Of a stretch of 64,000 nt of DNA, positions 13,206-27,479 are shown in pieces. This stretch comes from the human T2T-CHM13v2.0 reference genome, Homo sapiens. Numbering within the stretch: the stretch's first letter is position 1; each line of letters starts with the position of its first letter. A program made the position numbers and the translations under genes. The notes under the pieces were generated by a model that was not told the DNA's origin, did not search any database, and saw nothing but the letters and a program-made list of their open reading frames with translations. The DNA lies in NCBI RefSeq assembly GCF_009914755.1, contig NC_060946.1, one strand, 5' to 3'.

Positions 13206-16200
13206 TGGAATGGAATGGAATGGAATGGAATAGAATGGAATCAATTCGAATGCAATGTAATGGTATAGAATGGAATGGAATGGAATGGAATGGAATCAAC
13301 CAGAGTGGAATGGAATGGAAAGGAATGGAATGGAATGGAATGGAATGGAATGGAATGGAATGGAATGGAACAGCATGGAATGGAATGGAATGGAATGGAA
13401 TGGAATGGAATGGAACAGCATGGAATGGAATGGAATGGAGTGGAATCAACCCGAGTGGAATGGAGTGGAATGGACTGTAATGGTCTGGAATGGAATGGAA
13501 TGGAATGGAGTGGAATAAACACCAGTGGAATGGAATGGAATGGAATGGACTGGAATCAACCAGAGTGCAATGGAATGGAATAGAATGGAATGGAATGGAA
13601 TGGAATGAAAAAAACACGAGTGGAATGGAATGGAATGGAATGGAATTCAATGGAATGGAATGGACAGGAATGGAATGGAATGGAATGGAATGGAGTGGAA
13701 TGGACTAGAATGGAATGGAATGGAATGAAATCAACCCGATTGGAATGGAATGGAATGCAATGGAATGGAATGGAATCAACTGGAAAGGAATCAAATGGAA
13801 CGGAATGGAATAGAATGGAATGGATTGGAATGGAATGGAATGGATTCAACCCGAGTGGAATGGAATGGAATAGAATGGAATAAACACGAGTGGAATGGAA
13901 TGGAATGGAATGGAATGGAATGGAATGGAATGGAATGGAATGGAATGGAATGGAATCAACTCGAGTGGAATGAAATGTAATGTAATGGAATGGAATGGAA
14001 TTGAATGGAATAAACACGAGTGGAATGGAATGGAATGGAATGGAATGGAATGGAATGGAATGGAATAGAATGGAGTCAATTCAAGTGCAATGGAATGGTA
14101 TAAAATGGAATCGAATGGAATGGAATCAACCAGAGTGGAATGGAATGGAAAGTTATAGAATGGAATGGAATGGAATGGAATGGAACGGAATGGAATGGAA
14201 TGGAATGGAATGTAACGGCATGGAATGGAATGGAATGGAATGGAATGGAATGGAATGGAATGGAATGGCATGCAATGGAATGGAATGGAGTGGAATAAAC
14301 ACGAGTGGAATGGAATGGAATGGAATGGACTGGAATGGAAAGGAATGGAAGAGAATGGAATGGAATCAACACGAGTGGAAAGGAATGGAATGGAAAGGAA
14401 TGGCATGGAATGGAAAGGAATGTAATGCAATGGAATGCAGTGTTATGGAATGGAATCAACCCGAGTGGAATGGAATGGAATGGAATGGAATGGAGTGGAA
14501 TGGAATGGAATGGAATGCAATGGAATCGACAGGAATGGAATGGAATGGAATGGAATGGAATGGAGTGGAATGGACTAGAATGGAATGGAATGGAATGGAA
14601 TGAAATTAACCCTATTGGTATGGAATGGAATGCAATGGAATGGAATGGAATCAACTGGTAAGGAAACAAATGGAACTGAATGGAATAGAATGGAATGGAT
14701 TGTAATGGAATGGAATGGAATCAAACCTAGTAGAATGGAATGGAAAGAATGGAATGAACAGGAATGGAATGGAATGGAATGGAATTTAATGGAATGGAAT
14801 GGAATTTAATAGAATGGAATGGAATGGAATGGAATGGAATGGAATGGAATCAACCCGAGTGGAGTGGAATGGAATGGAATGGAAATGAATGTAATAGAAT
14901 GGAATAGAATGGAACGGAAAGGAATGGAATGAACCCGAGTGGAATGGAATGGAATGGAATGGAATGGAAAGGCACGGAATGGAATGGAATGGAATGGAAT
15001 GGAATGGAATGGAATGGAATGGAATCAACCCGAGTGGAATGGAATGGAATGGAATCAAACTGAGTGGAATGGAATGGAATGGAATGCAATGGAATGTAAT
15101 GCAGTGGAAGGCATTAGAATCAACTGGAATGGAATGCAGTGGAATGGAATGGAATCAACGCCAGTGGAATGGAATGGAATGGAAGGGATAATAATAAAAT
15201 GGAATGGAATAAATCCGGCTGGAATGGAATGGAATGGAATGCAATGGAATGAAATGGAATCAACTCGAGTGGAATGAAATGTAACGTAATGTAATGGAAT
15301 GGAATGGAATGGAATGGAATGGAATAGAATGGAATCAATTCGAGTGCAATATAATGGTATAGAATGGAATGGAATAGAATGGAATGGAATGGAATGGAAT
15401 CAACCAGAGTGGAATGGAATGGAATGGAATGGAATGGAATGGAATGGAATGGAATGGAATGGACTGTAACGGCATGGAATGCAATGGAATGGAGTGGAAT
15501 CAACCCGAGTGGAATGGAATGGAATGGACTGTAACGGCATGCAACGGAATGGAATGGAGTGGAATCAAACCGAGAGGAATGGAATGGAATGGAATAGAAT
15601 GGAATCAATTCGAATGCAATGTAATGGTATAGAATGGAATGGAATGGAATGGAATCAACCAGAGTGGAATGGAATGGAATGGAATGGAATGGACTGGAAT
15701 GGAAAGGAATGGAAGAGAATGGAATGGAATCAATACGAGTGGAAAGGAATGGAATGGAAAGGAATGGAATGGAATGGAAAGGAATGTAATGCAATGGAAT
15801 GCAGTGTTATGGAATGGAATCAACCCGAGTGGAATGGAATGGAATGGAATGCAATGGAATGGACAGGAATGGAATGGAATGGAATGGAATGGACAGGCAT
15901 GGAATGGAATGGAATGGAATGGAATGGAATGGAATGGAATGGAATGCAATGGAGTGGAATGGACTAGAATGGAATGGAATGGAATGAAATCAACCCGATG
16001 GGAATGGAATGGAATGCAATGGAATGGAATGGAATCAACTGGAAAGGAATCAAATGGAACGGAATGGAATTGAATGGAATTGATTGGAATGGAATGGAAT
16101 GGAATCAAACCTAGTAGAATGGAATGGAAAGAATGGAATGTACAGGAATGGAATGGAATGGAATGGAATTTAATGGAATGGAATGGAATGGAATGGAATT

Positions 16201-17963
16201 TAATAGAATGGAATGGAATGGAATGGAATGGAATGGAATGGAATGGAATCAACCCGATTGGAGTCAAATGAAATGGAATGGAAATGAATGGAATAGAATG
16301 GAATGGAATGGAACGGAAAGGAATGGCATGAACCCGAGTGGAATAGAATGGAATGGAATGGAATGGAATGGAATGGAATGGAATCGAAAGGCACGGAATG
16401 GAATGGAATGGAGTGGAATGGAATGGAATGGAATGGAATCAACCCGAGTGGAATGGAATGGAATGGAATCAAACTGAGTGGAATGGAATGGAATGGAATG
16501 CAATGGAATGTAATGGAGTGGAAGGCATTAGAATCAACTGGAATGGAATGGAGTGGAATGGAATGAAATCAACGCCAGTGGAATGGAATGGAATGGAATG
16601 GAATGGATAATAATGGAATGGAATGGAATCAATCCGGGTGGAATGGAATGGAATGGAATGCAATGGAATGGAATGGAATCAACTCGAGTGGAATGAAATG
16701 TAACGTAATGTAATGTAATGGAATGGAATAGAATGGAATCAATTCGAGTGTAATATAACGGTATAGAATGGAATGGAATGGAATGGAATGGAATCAACTA
16801 GAGTGGAAACGAATGGAAAGGAATGGAATGGAATGGAATGGAGTGTAATGGAATGGAATGGAATGGAATGGAATGGAATGGCATGGAATGGAATGGAATG
16901 GAGTGGAATCAACCAGAGTGGAATGGAGTGCAATGGACTGTAACGGCATGGAATGGAATGGAATGGAGTGGAATAAACACGAGTGGAATGGAATGGAATG
17001 GAATGGACTGGAATGGAATGGAATGGAATCAACCCGAGTGAAATGGAATGGAATAGAATGGAATGAAATAAACACGAGTGGAAAGGAATGGAATGGAATG
17101 GAATGGAAGAGAGTGGAATGGAATCAACTCGAGTGGAAAGGAATGGAATGGAAAGGAATGGATTGGAATGGAAAGGAATGGAATGCAATGGAATGCAATG
17201 TTATGGAATGGAATCAACCCGAGTTGAATGGAATGGAATGGAATGGAATGCAATGGAATGGAATGGAATCAACTCGAGTGGAATGAAATGTAATGTAATG
17301 TAATGTAATGGAATGTAATGGAATGGAATGGAATGGAATGGAATAGAATGGAATCATTTCGAATGCAATGTAATGGTATAGAATGGAATGGAATGGAATG
17401 GAATCAACCAGAGTGGAATGGAATGGAAAGGAATGGAAAGGAATGGAATGGAATGGAATGTAACGGCATGGAATGGAATGGAATGGAGTGGAATCAACCC
17501 GAGTGGAATGGAGTGGAATGGACTGTAATGGAATGGAATGGAATGGAGTGGAATAAACACAAGTGGAAAGGAATGGAATGGAATCAAACTGAGTGGAATG
17601 GAATGGAATGGAAAGCAATGGAATGTAATGCAGTGGAAGGCATTAGAATCAACTGGAATGGAATGGAGTGGAATGGAATGGAATCAACGCCAGTGGAATG
17701 GATTGGAAAGGAATGGATAATAATGGAATGGAAGGGAATCAATCCGGGTGGAATGGAATGGAAAGGAATGCAATGGAATGAAATGGAATCAACTCGAGTG
17801 GAATGAAATGTAACGTAATGTAATGGAATGGAATGGAATGGAATAGAATGGAATCAATTCGAGTGCAATATAATGGTATAGAATGGAATGGAATGGAATG
17901 GAATGGAATGGAATCAACCAGAGTGGAATGGAATGGAAAGGAATGGAATGGAATGGAATGGAA
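13206..17963 (+). repeat. 4,758-bp tandem unit, copy 1 of 4
   Basis: Identical ORF sets recur at +4,758 (13241/17999, 13995/18753, 15120/19878, 17318/22076). Confidence 0.93.
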
Positions 17964-20900
17964 TGGAATGGAATGGAATGGAATGGAATAGAATGGAATC
18001 AATTCGAATGCAATGTAATGGTATAGAATGGAATGGAATGGAATGGAATGGAATCAACCAGAGTGGAATGGAATGGAAAGGAATGGAATGGAATGGAATG
18101 GAATGGAATGGAATGGAATGGAATGGAACAGCATGGAATGGAATGGAATGGAATGGAATGGAATGGAATGGAACAGCATGGAATGGAATGGAATGGAGTG
18201 GAATCAACCCGAGTGGAATGGAGTGGAATGGACTGTAATGGTCTGGAATGGAATGGAATGGAATGGAGTGGAATAAACACCAGTGGAATGGAATGGAATG
18301 GAATGGACTGGAATCAACCAGAGTGCAATGGAATGGAATAGAATGGAATGGAATGGAATGGAATGAAAAAAACACGAGTGGAATGGAATGGAATGGAATG
18401 GAATTCAATGGAATGGAATGGACAGGAATGGAATGGAATGGAATGGAATGGAGTGGAATGGACTAGAATGGAATGGAATGGAATGAAATCAACCCGATTG
18501 GAATGGAATGGAATGCAATGGAATGGAATGGAATCAACTGGAAAGGAATCAAATGGAACGGAATGGAATAGAATGGAATGGATTGGAATGGAATGGAATG
18601 GATTCAACCCGAGTGGAATGGAATGGAATAGAATGGAATAAACACGAATGGAATGGAATGGAATGGAATGGAATGGAATGGAATGGAATGGAATGGAATG
18701 GAATGGAATGGAATCAACTCGAGTGGAATGAAATGTAATGTAATGGAATGGAATGGAATTGAATGGAATAAACACGAGTGGAATGGAATGGAATGGAATG
18801 GAATGGAATGGAATGGAATGGAATAGAATGGAGTCAATTCAAGTGCAATGGAATGGTATAAAATGGAATCGAATGGAATGGAATCAACCAGAGTGGAATG
18901 GAATGGAAAGTTATAGAATGGAATGGAATGGAATGGAATGGAACGGAATGGAATGGAATGGAATGGAATGTAACGGCATGGAATGGAATGGAATGGAATG
19001 GAATGGAATGGAATGGAATGGAATGGCATGCAATGGAATGGAATGGAGTGGAATAAACACGAGTGGAATGGAATGGAATGGAATGGACTGGAATGGAAAG
19101 GAATGGAAGAGAATGGAATGGAATCAACACGAGTGGAAAGGAATGGAATGGAAAGGAATGGCATGGAATGGAAAGGAATGTAATGCAATGGAATGCAGTG
19201 TTATGGAATGGAATCAACCCGAGTGGAATGGAATGGAATGGAATGGAATGGAGTGGAATGGAATGGAATGGAATGCAATGGAATCGACAGGAATGGAATG
19301 GAATGGAATGGAATGGAATGGAGTGGAATGGACTAGAATGGAATGGAATGGAATGGAATGAAATTAACCCTATTGGTATGGAATGGAATGCAATGGAATG
19401 GAATGGAATCAACTGGTAAGGAAACAAATGGAACTGAATGGAATAGAATGGAATGGATTGTAATGGAATGGAATGGAATCAAACCTAGTAGAATGGAATG
19501 GAAAGAATGGAATGAACAGGAATGGAATGGAATGGAATGGAATTTAATGGAATGGAATGGAATTTAATAGAATGGAATGGAATGGAATGGAATGGAATGG
19601 AATGGAATCAACCCGAGTGGAGTGGAATGGAATGGAATGGAAATGAATGTAATAGAATGGAATAGAATGGAACGGAAAGGAATGGAATGAACCCGAGTGG
19701 AATGGAATGGAATGGAATGGAATGGAAAGGCACGGAATGGAATGGAATGGAATGGAATGGAATGGAATGGAATGGAATGGAATCAACCCGAGTGGAATGG
19801 AATGGAATGGAATCAAACTGAGTGGAATGGAATGGAATGGAATGCAATGGAATGTAATGCAGTGGAAGGCATTAGAATCAACTGGAATGGAATGCAGTGG
19901 AATGGAATGGAATCAACGCCAGTGGAATGGAATGGAATGGAAGGGATAATAATAAAATGGAATGGAATAAATCCGGCTGGAATGGAATGGAATGGAATGC
20001 AATGGAATGAAATGGAATCAACTCGAGTGGAATGAAATGTAACGTAATGTAATGGAATGGAATGGAATGGAATGGAATGGAATAGAATGGAATCAATTCG
20101 AGTGCAATATAATGGTATAGAATGGAATGGAATAGAATGGAATGGAATGGAATGGAATCAACCAGAGTGGAATGGAATGGAATGGAATGGAATGGAATGG
20201 AATGGAATGGAATGGAATGGACTGTAACGGCATGGAATGCAATGGAATGGAGTGGAATCAACCCGAGTGGAATGGAATGGAATGGACTGTAACGGCATGC
20301 AACGGAATGGAATGGAGTGGAATCAAACCGAGAGGAATGGAATGGAATGGAATAGAATGGAATCAATTCGAATGCAATGTAATGGTATAGAATGGAATGG
20401 AATGGAATGGAATCAACCAGAGTGGAATGGAATGGAATGGAATGGAATGGACTGGAATGGAAAGGAATGGAAGAGAATGGAATGGAATCAATACGAGTGG
20501 AAAGGAATGGAATGGAAAGGAATGGAATGGAATGGAAAGGAATGTAATGCAATGGAATGCAGTGTTATGGAATGGAATCAACCCGAGTGGAATGGAATGG
20601 AATGGAATGCAATGGAATGGACAGGAATGGAATGGAATGGAATGGAATGGACAGGCATGGAATGGAATGGAATGGAATGGAATGGAATGGAATGGAATGG
20701 AATGCAATGGAGTGGAATGGACTAGAATGGAATGGAATGGAATGAAATCAACCCGATGGGAATGGAATGGAATGCAATGGAATGGAATGGAATCAACTGG
20801 AAAGGAATCAAATGGAACGGAATGGAATTGAATGGAATTGATTGGAATGGAATGGAATGGAATCAAACCTAGTAGAATGGAATGGAAAGAATGGAATGTA

Positions 20901-22721
20901 CAGGAATGGAATGGAATGGAATGGAATTTAATGGAATGGAATGGAATGGAATGGAATTTAATAGAATGGAATGGAATGGAATGGAATGGAATGGAATGGA
21001 ATGGAATCAACCCGATTGGAGTCAAATGAAATGGAATGGAAATGAATGGAATAGAATGGAATGGAATGGAACGGAAAGGAATGGCATGAACCCGAGTGGA
21101 ATAGAATGGAATGGAATGGAATGGAATGGAATGGAATGGAATCGAAAGGCACGGAATGGAATGGAATGGAGTGGAATGGAATGGAATGGAATGGAATCAA
21201 CCCGAGTGGAATGGAATGGAATGGAATCAAACTGAGTGGAATGGAATGGAATGGAATGCAATGGAATGTAATGGAGTGGAAGGCATTAGAATCAACTGGA
21301 ATGGAATGGAGTGGAATGGAATGAAATCAACGCCAGTGGAATGGAATGGAATGGAATGGAATGGATAATAATGGAATGGAATGGAATCAATCCGGGTGGA
21401 ATGGAATGGAATGGAATGCAATGGAATGGAATGGAATCAACTCGAGTGGAATGAAATGTAACGTAATGTAATGTAATGGAATGGAATAGAATGGAATCAA
21501 TTCGAGTGTAATATAACGGTATAGAATGGAATGGAATGGAATGGAATGGAATCAACTAGAGTGGAAACGAATGGAAAGGAATGGAATGGAATGGAATGGA
21601 GTGTAATGGAATGGAATGGAATGGAATGGAATGGAATGGCATGGAATGGAATGGAATGGAGTGGAATCAACCAGAGTGGAATGGAGTGCAATGGACTGTA
21701 ACGGCATGGAATGGAATGGAATGGAGTGGAATAAACACGAGTGGAATGGAATGGAATGGAATGGACTGGAATGGAATGGAATGGAATCAACCCGAGTGAA
21801 ATGGAATGGAATAGAATGGAATGAAATAAACACGAGTGGAAAGGAATGGAATGGAATGGAATGGAAGAGAGTGGAATGGAATCAACTCGAGTGGAAAGGA
21901 ATGGAATGGAAAGGAATGGATTGGAATGGAAAGGAATGGAATGCAATGGAATGCAATGTTATGGAATGGAATCAACCCGAGTTGAATGGAATGGAATGGA
22001 ATGGAATGCAATGGAATGGAATGGAATCAACTCGAGTGGAATGAAATGTAATGTAATGTAATGTAATGGAATGTAATGGAATGGAATGGAATGGAATGGA
22101 ATAGAATGGAATCATTTCGAATGCAATGTAATGGTATAGAATGGAATGGAATGGAATGGAATCAACCAGAGTGGAATGGAATGGAAAGGAATGGAAAGGA
22201 ATGGAATGGAATGGAATGTAACGGCATGGAATGGAATGGAATGGAGTGGAATCAACCCGAGTGGAATGGAGTGGAATGGACTGTAATGGAATGGAATGGA
22301 ATGGAGTGGAATAAACACAAGTGGAAAGGAATGGAATGGAATCAAACTGAGTGGAATGGAATGGAATGGAAAGCAATGGAATGTAATGCAGTGGAAGGCA
22401 TTAGAATCAACTGGAATGGAATGGAGTGGAATGGAATGGAATCAACGCCAGTGGAATGGATTGGAAAGGAATGGATAATAATGGAATGGAAGGGAATCAA
22501 TCCGGGTGGAATGGAATGGAAAGGAATGCAATGGAATGAAATGGAATCAACTCGAGTGGAATGAAATGTAACGTAATGTAATGGAATGGAATGGAATGGA
22601 ATAGAATGGAATCAATTCGAGTGCAATATAATGGTATAGAATGGAATGGAATGGAATGGAATGGAATGGAATCAACCAGAGTGGAATGGAATGGAAAGGA
22701 ATGGAATGGAATGGAATGGAA
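17964..22721 (+). repeat. 4,758-bp tandem unit, copy 2 of 4
   Basis: Offset is exactly 4,758 to both neighbours. One visible substitution, G>A at 18,648 (AACACGAATG vs AACACGAGTG). Confidence 0.93.
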
Positions 22722-25700
22722 TGGAATGGAATGGAATGGAATGGAATAGAATGGAATCAATTCGAATGCAATGTAATGGTATAGAATGGAATGGAATGGA
22801 ATGGAATGGAATCAACCAGAGTGGAATGGAATGGAAAGGAATGGAATGGAATGGAATGGAATGGAATGGAATGGAATGGAATGGAACAGCATGGAATGGA
22901 ATGGAATGGAATGGAATGGAATGGAATGGAACAGCATGGAATGGAATGGAATGGAGTGGAATCAACCCGAGTGGAATGGAGTGGAATGGACTGTAATGGT
23001 CTGGAATGGAATGGAATGGAATGGAGTGGAATAAACACCAGTGGAATGGAATGGAATGGAATGGACTGGAATCAACCAGAGTGCAATGGAATGGAATAGA
23101 ATGGAATGGAATGGAATGGAATGAAAAAAACACGAGTGGAATGGAATGGAATGGAATGGAATTCAATGGAATGGAATGGACAGGAATGGAATGGAATGGA
23201 ATGGAATGGAGTGGAATGGACTAGAATGGAATGGAATGGAATGAAATCAACCCGATTGGAATGGAATGGAATGCAATGGAATGGAATGGAATCAACTGGA
23301 AAGGAATCAAATGGAACGGAATGGAATAGAATGGAATGGATTGGAATGGAATGGAATGGATTCAACCCGAGTGGAATGGAATGGAATAGAATGGAATAAA
23401 CACGAGTGGAATGGAATGGAATGGAATGGAATGGAATGGAATGGAATGGAATGGAATGGAATGGAATGGAATCAACTCGAGTGGAATGAAATGTAATGTA
23501 ATGGAATGGAATGGAATTGAATGGAATAAACACGAGTGGAATGGAATGGAATGGAATGGAATGGAATGGAATGGAATGGAATAGAATGGAGTCAATTCAA
23601 GTGCAATGGAATGGTATAAAATGGAATCGAATGGAATGGAATCAACCAGAGTGGAATGGAATGGAAAGTTATAGAATGGAATGGAATGGAATGGAATGGA
23701 ACGGAATGGAATGGAATGGAATGGAATGTAACGGCATGGAATGGAATGGAATGGAATGGAATGGAATGGAATGGAATGGAATGGCATGCAATGGAATGGA
23801 ATGGAGTGGAATAAACACGAGTGGAATGGAATGGAATGGAATGGACTGGAATGGAAAGGAATGGAAGAGAATGGAATGGAATCAACACGAGTGGAAAGGA
23901 ATGGAATGGAAAGGAATGGCATGGAATGGAAAGGAATGTAATGCAATGGAATGCAGTGTTATGGAATGGAATCAACCCGAGTGGAATGGAATGGAATGGA
24001 ATGGAATGGAGTGGAATGGAATGGAATGGAATGCAATGGAATCGACAGGAATGGAATGGAATGGAATGGAATGGAATGGAGTGGAATGGACTAGAATGGA
24101 ATGGAATGGAATGGAATGAAATTAACCCTATTGGTATGGAATGGAATGCAATGGAATGGAATGGAATCAACTGGTAAGGAAACAAATGGAACTGAATGGA
24201 ATAGAATGGAATGGATTGTAATGGAATGGAATGGAATCAAACCTAGTAGAATGGAATGGAAAGAATGGAATGAACAGGAATGGAATGGAATGGAATGGAA
24301 TTTAATGGAATGGAATGGAATTTAATAGAATGGAATGGAATGGAATGGAATGGAATGGAATGGAATCAACCCGAGTGGAGTGGAATGGAATGGAATGGAA
24401 ATGAATGTAATAGAATGGAATAGAATGGAACGGAAAGGAATGGAATGAACCCGAGTGGAATGGAATGGAATGGAATGGAATGGAAAGGCACGGAATGGAA
24501 TGGAATGGAATGGAATGGAATGGAATGGAATGGAATGGAATCAACCCGAGTGGAATGGAATGGAATGGAATCAAACTGAGTGGAATGGAATGGAATGGAA
24601 TGCAATGGAATGTAATGCAGTGGAAGGCATTAGAATCAACTGGAATGGAATGCAGTGGAATGGAATGGAATCAACGCCAGTGGAATGGAATGGAATGGAA
24701 GGGATAATAATAAAATGGAATGGAATAAATCCGGCTGGAATGGAATGGAATGGAATGCAATGGAATGAAATGGAATCAACTCGAGTGGAATGAAATGTAA
24801 CGTAATGTAATGGAATGGAATGGAATGGAATGGAATGGAATAGAATGGAATCAATTCGAGTGCAATATAATGGTATAGAATGGAATGGAATAGAATGGAA
24901 TGGAATGGAATGGAATCAACCAGAGTGGAATGGAATGGAATGGAATGGAATGGAATGGAATGGAATGGAATGGAATGGACTGTAACGGCATGGAATGCAA
25001 TGGAATGGAGTGGAATCAACCCGAGTGGAATGGAATGGAATGGACTGTAACGGCATGCAACGGAATGGAATGGAGTGGAATCAAACCGAGAGGAATGGAA
25101 TGGAATGGAATAGAATGGAATCAATTCGAATGCAATGTAATGGTATAGAATGGAATGGAATGGAATGGAATCAACCAGAGTGGAATGGAATGGAATGGAA
25201 TGGAATGGACTGGAATGGAAAGGAATGGAAGAGAATGGAATGGAATCAATACGAGTGGAAAGGAATGGAATGGAAAGGAATGGAATGGAATGGAAAGGAA
25301 TGTAATGCAATGGAATGCAGTGTTATGGAATGGAATCAACCCGAGTGGAATGGAATGGAATGGAATGCAATGGAATGGACAGGAATGGAATGGAATGGAA
25401 TGGAATGGACAGGCATGGAATGGAATGGAATGGAATGGAATGGAATGGAATGGAATGGAATGCAATGGAGTGGAATGGACTAGAATGGAATGGAATGGAA
25501 TGAAATCAACCCGATGGGAATGGAATGGAATGCAATGGAATGGAATGGAATCAACTGGAAAGGAATCAAATGGAACGGAATGGAATTGAATGGAATTGAT
25601 TGGAATGGAATGGAATGGAATCAAACCTAGTAGAATGGAATGGAAAGAATGGAATGTACAGGAATGGAATGGAATGGAATGGAATTTAATGGAATGGAAT

Positions 25701-27479
25701 GGAATGGAATGGAATTTAATAGAATGGAATGGAATGGAATGGAATGGAATGGAATGGAATGGAATCAACCCGATTGGAGTCAAATGAAATGGAATGGAAA
25801 TGAATGGAATAGAATGGAATGGAATGGAACGGAAAGGAATGGCATGAACCCGAGTGGAATAGAATGGAATGGAATGGAATGGAATGGAATGGAATGGAAT
25901 CGAAAGGCACGGAATGGAATGGAATGGAGTGGAATGGAATGGAATGGAATGGAATCAACCCGAGTGGAATGGAATGGAATGGAATCAAACTGAGTGGAAT
26001 GGAATGGAATGGAATGCAATGGAATGTAATGGAGTGGAAGGCATTAGAATCAACTGGAATGGAATGGAGTGGAATGGAATGAAATCAACGCCAGTGGAAT
26101 GGAATGGAATGGAATGGAATGGATAATAATGGAATGGAATGGAATCAATCCGGGTGGAATGGAATGGAATGGAATGCAATGGAATGGAATGGAATCAACT
26201 CGAGTGGAATGAAATGTAACGTAATGTAATGTAATGGAATGGAATAGAATGGAATCAATTCGAGTGTAATATAACGGTATAGAATGGAATGGAATGGAAT
26301 GGAATGGAATCAACTAGAGTGGAAACGAATGGAAAGGAATGGAATGGAATGGAATGGAGTGTAATGGAATGGAATGGAATGGAATGGAATGGAATGGCAT
26401 GGAATGGAATGGAATGGAGTGGAATCAACCAGAGTGGAATGGAGTGCAATGGACTGTAACGGCATGGAATGGAATGGAATGGAGTGGAATAAACACGAGT
26501 GGAATGGAATGGAATGGAATGGACTGGAATGGAATGGAATGGAATCAACCCGAGTGAAATGGAATGGAATAGAATGGAATGAAATAAACACGAGTGGAAA
26601 GGAATGGAATGGAATGGAATGGAAGAGAGTGGAATGGAATCAACTCGAGTGGAAAGGAATGGAATGGAAAGGAATGGATTGGAATGGAAAGGAATGGAAT
26701 GCAATGGAATGCAATGTTATGGAATGGAATCAACCCGAGTTGAATGGAATGGAATGGAATGGAATGCAATGGAATGGAATGGAATCAACTCGAGTGGAAT
26801 GAAATGTAATGTAATGTAATGTAATGGAATGTAATGGAATGGAATGGAATGGAATGGAATAGAATGGAATCATTTCGAATGCAATGTAATGGTATAGAAT
26901 GGAATGGAATGGAATGGAATCAACCAGAGTGGAATGGAATGGAAAGGAATGGAAAGGAATGGAATGGAATGGAATGTAACGGCATGGAATGGAATGGAAT
27001 GGAGTGGAATCAACCCGAGTGGAATGGAGTGGAATGGACTGTAATGGAATGGAATGGAATGGAGTGGAATAAACACAAGTGGAAAGGAATGGAATGGAAT
27101 CAAACTGAGTGGAATGGAATGGAATGGAAAGCAATGGAATGTAATGCAGTGGAAGGCATTAGAATCAACTGGAATGGAATGGAGTGGAATGGAATGGAAT
27201 CAACGCCAGTGGAATGGATTGGAAAGGAATGGATAATAATGGAATGGAAGGGAATCAATCCGGGTGGAATGGAATGGAAAGGAATGCAATGGAATGAAAT
27301 GGAATCAACTCGAGTGGAATGAAATGTAACGTAATGTAATGGAATGGAATGGAATGGAATAGAATGGAATCAATTCGAGTGCAATATAATGGTATAGAAT
27401 GGAATGGAATGGAATGGAATGGAATGGAATCAACCAGAGTGGAATGGAATGGAAAGGAATGGAATGGAATGGAATGGAA
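22722..27479 (+). repeat. 4,758-bp tandem unit, copy 3 of 4
   Basis: ORFs 22757, 23511, 24636 and 26834 match the copy 1 ORFs at +9,516. Confidence 0.93.

Noticed and set aside
13606-13620. A7 run GAAAAAAACACGAG and the many AATAAA hexamers as retro-insertion tail or polyadenylation signals
   Set aside because: The run is a T>A substitution in GAAATAAACACGAG with no length change or target-site duplication. AATAAA arises from GGAAT+AAACACGAG, with no supporting transcript context.
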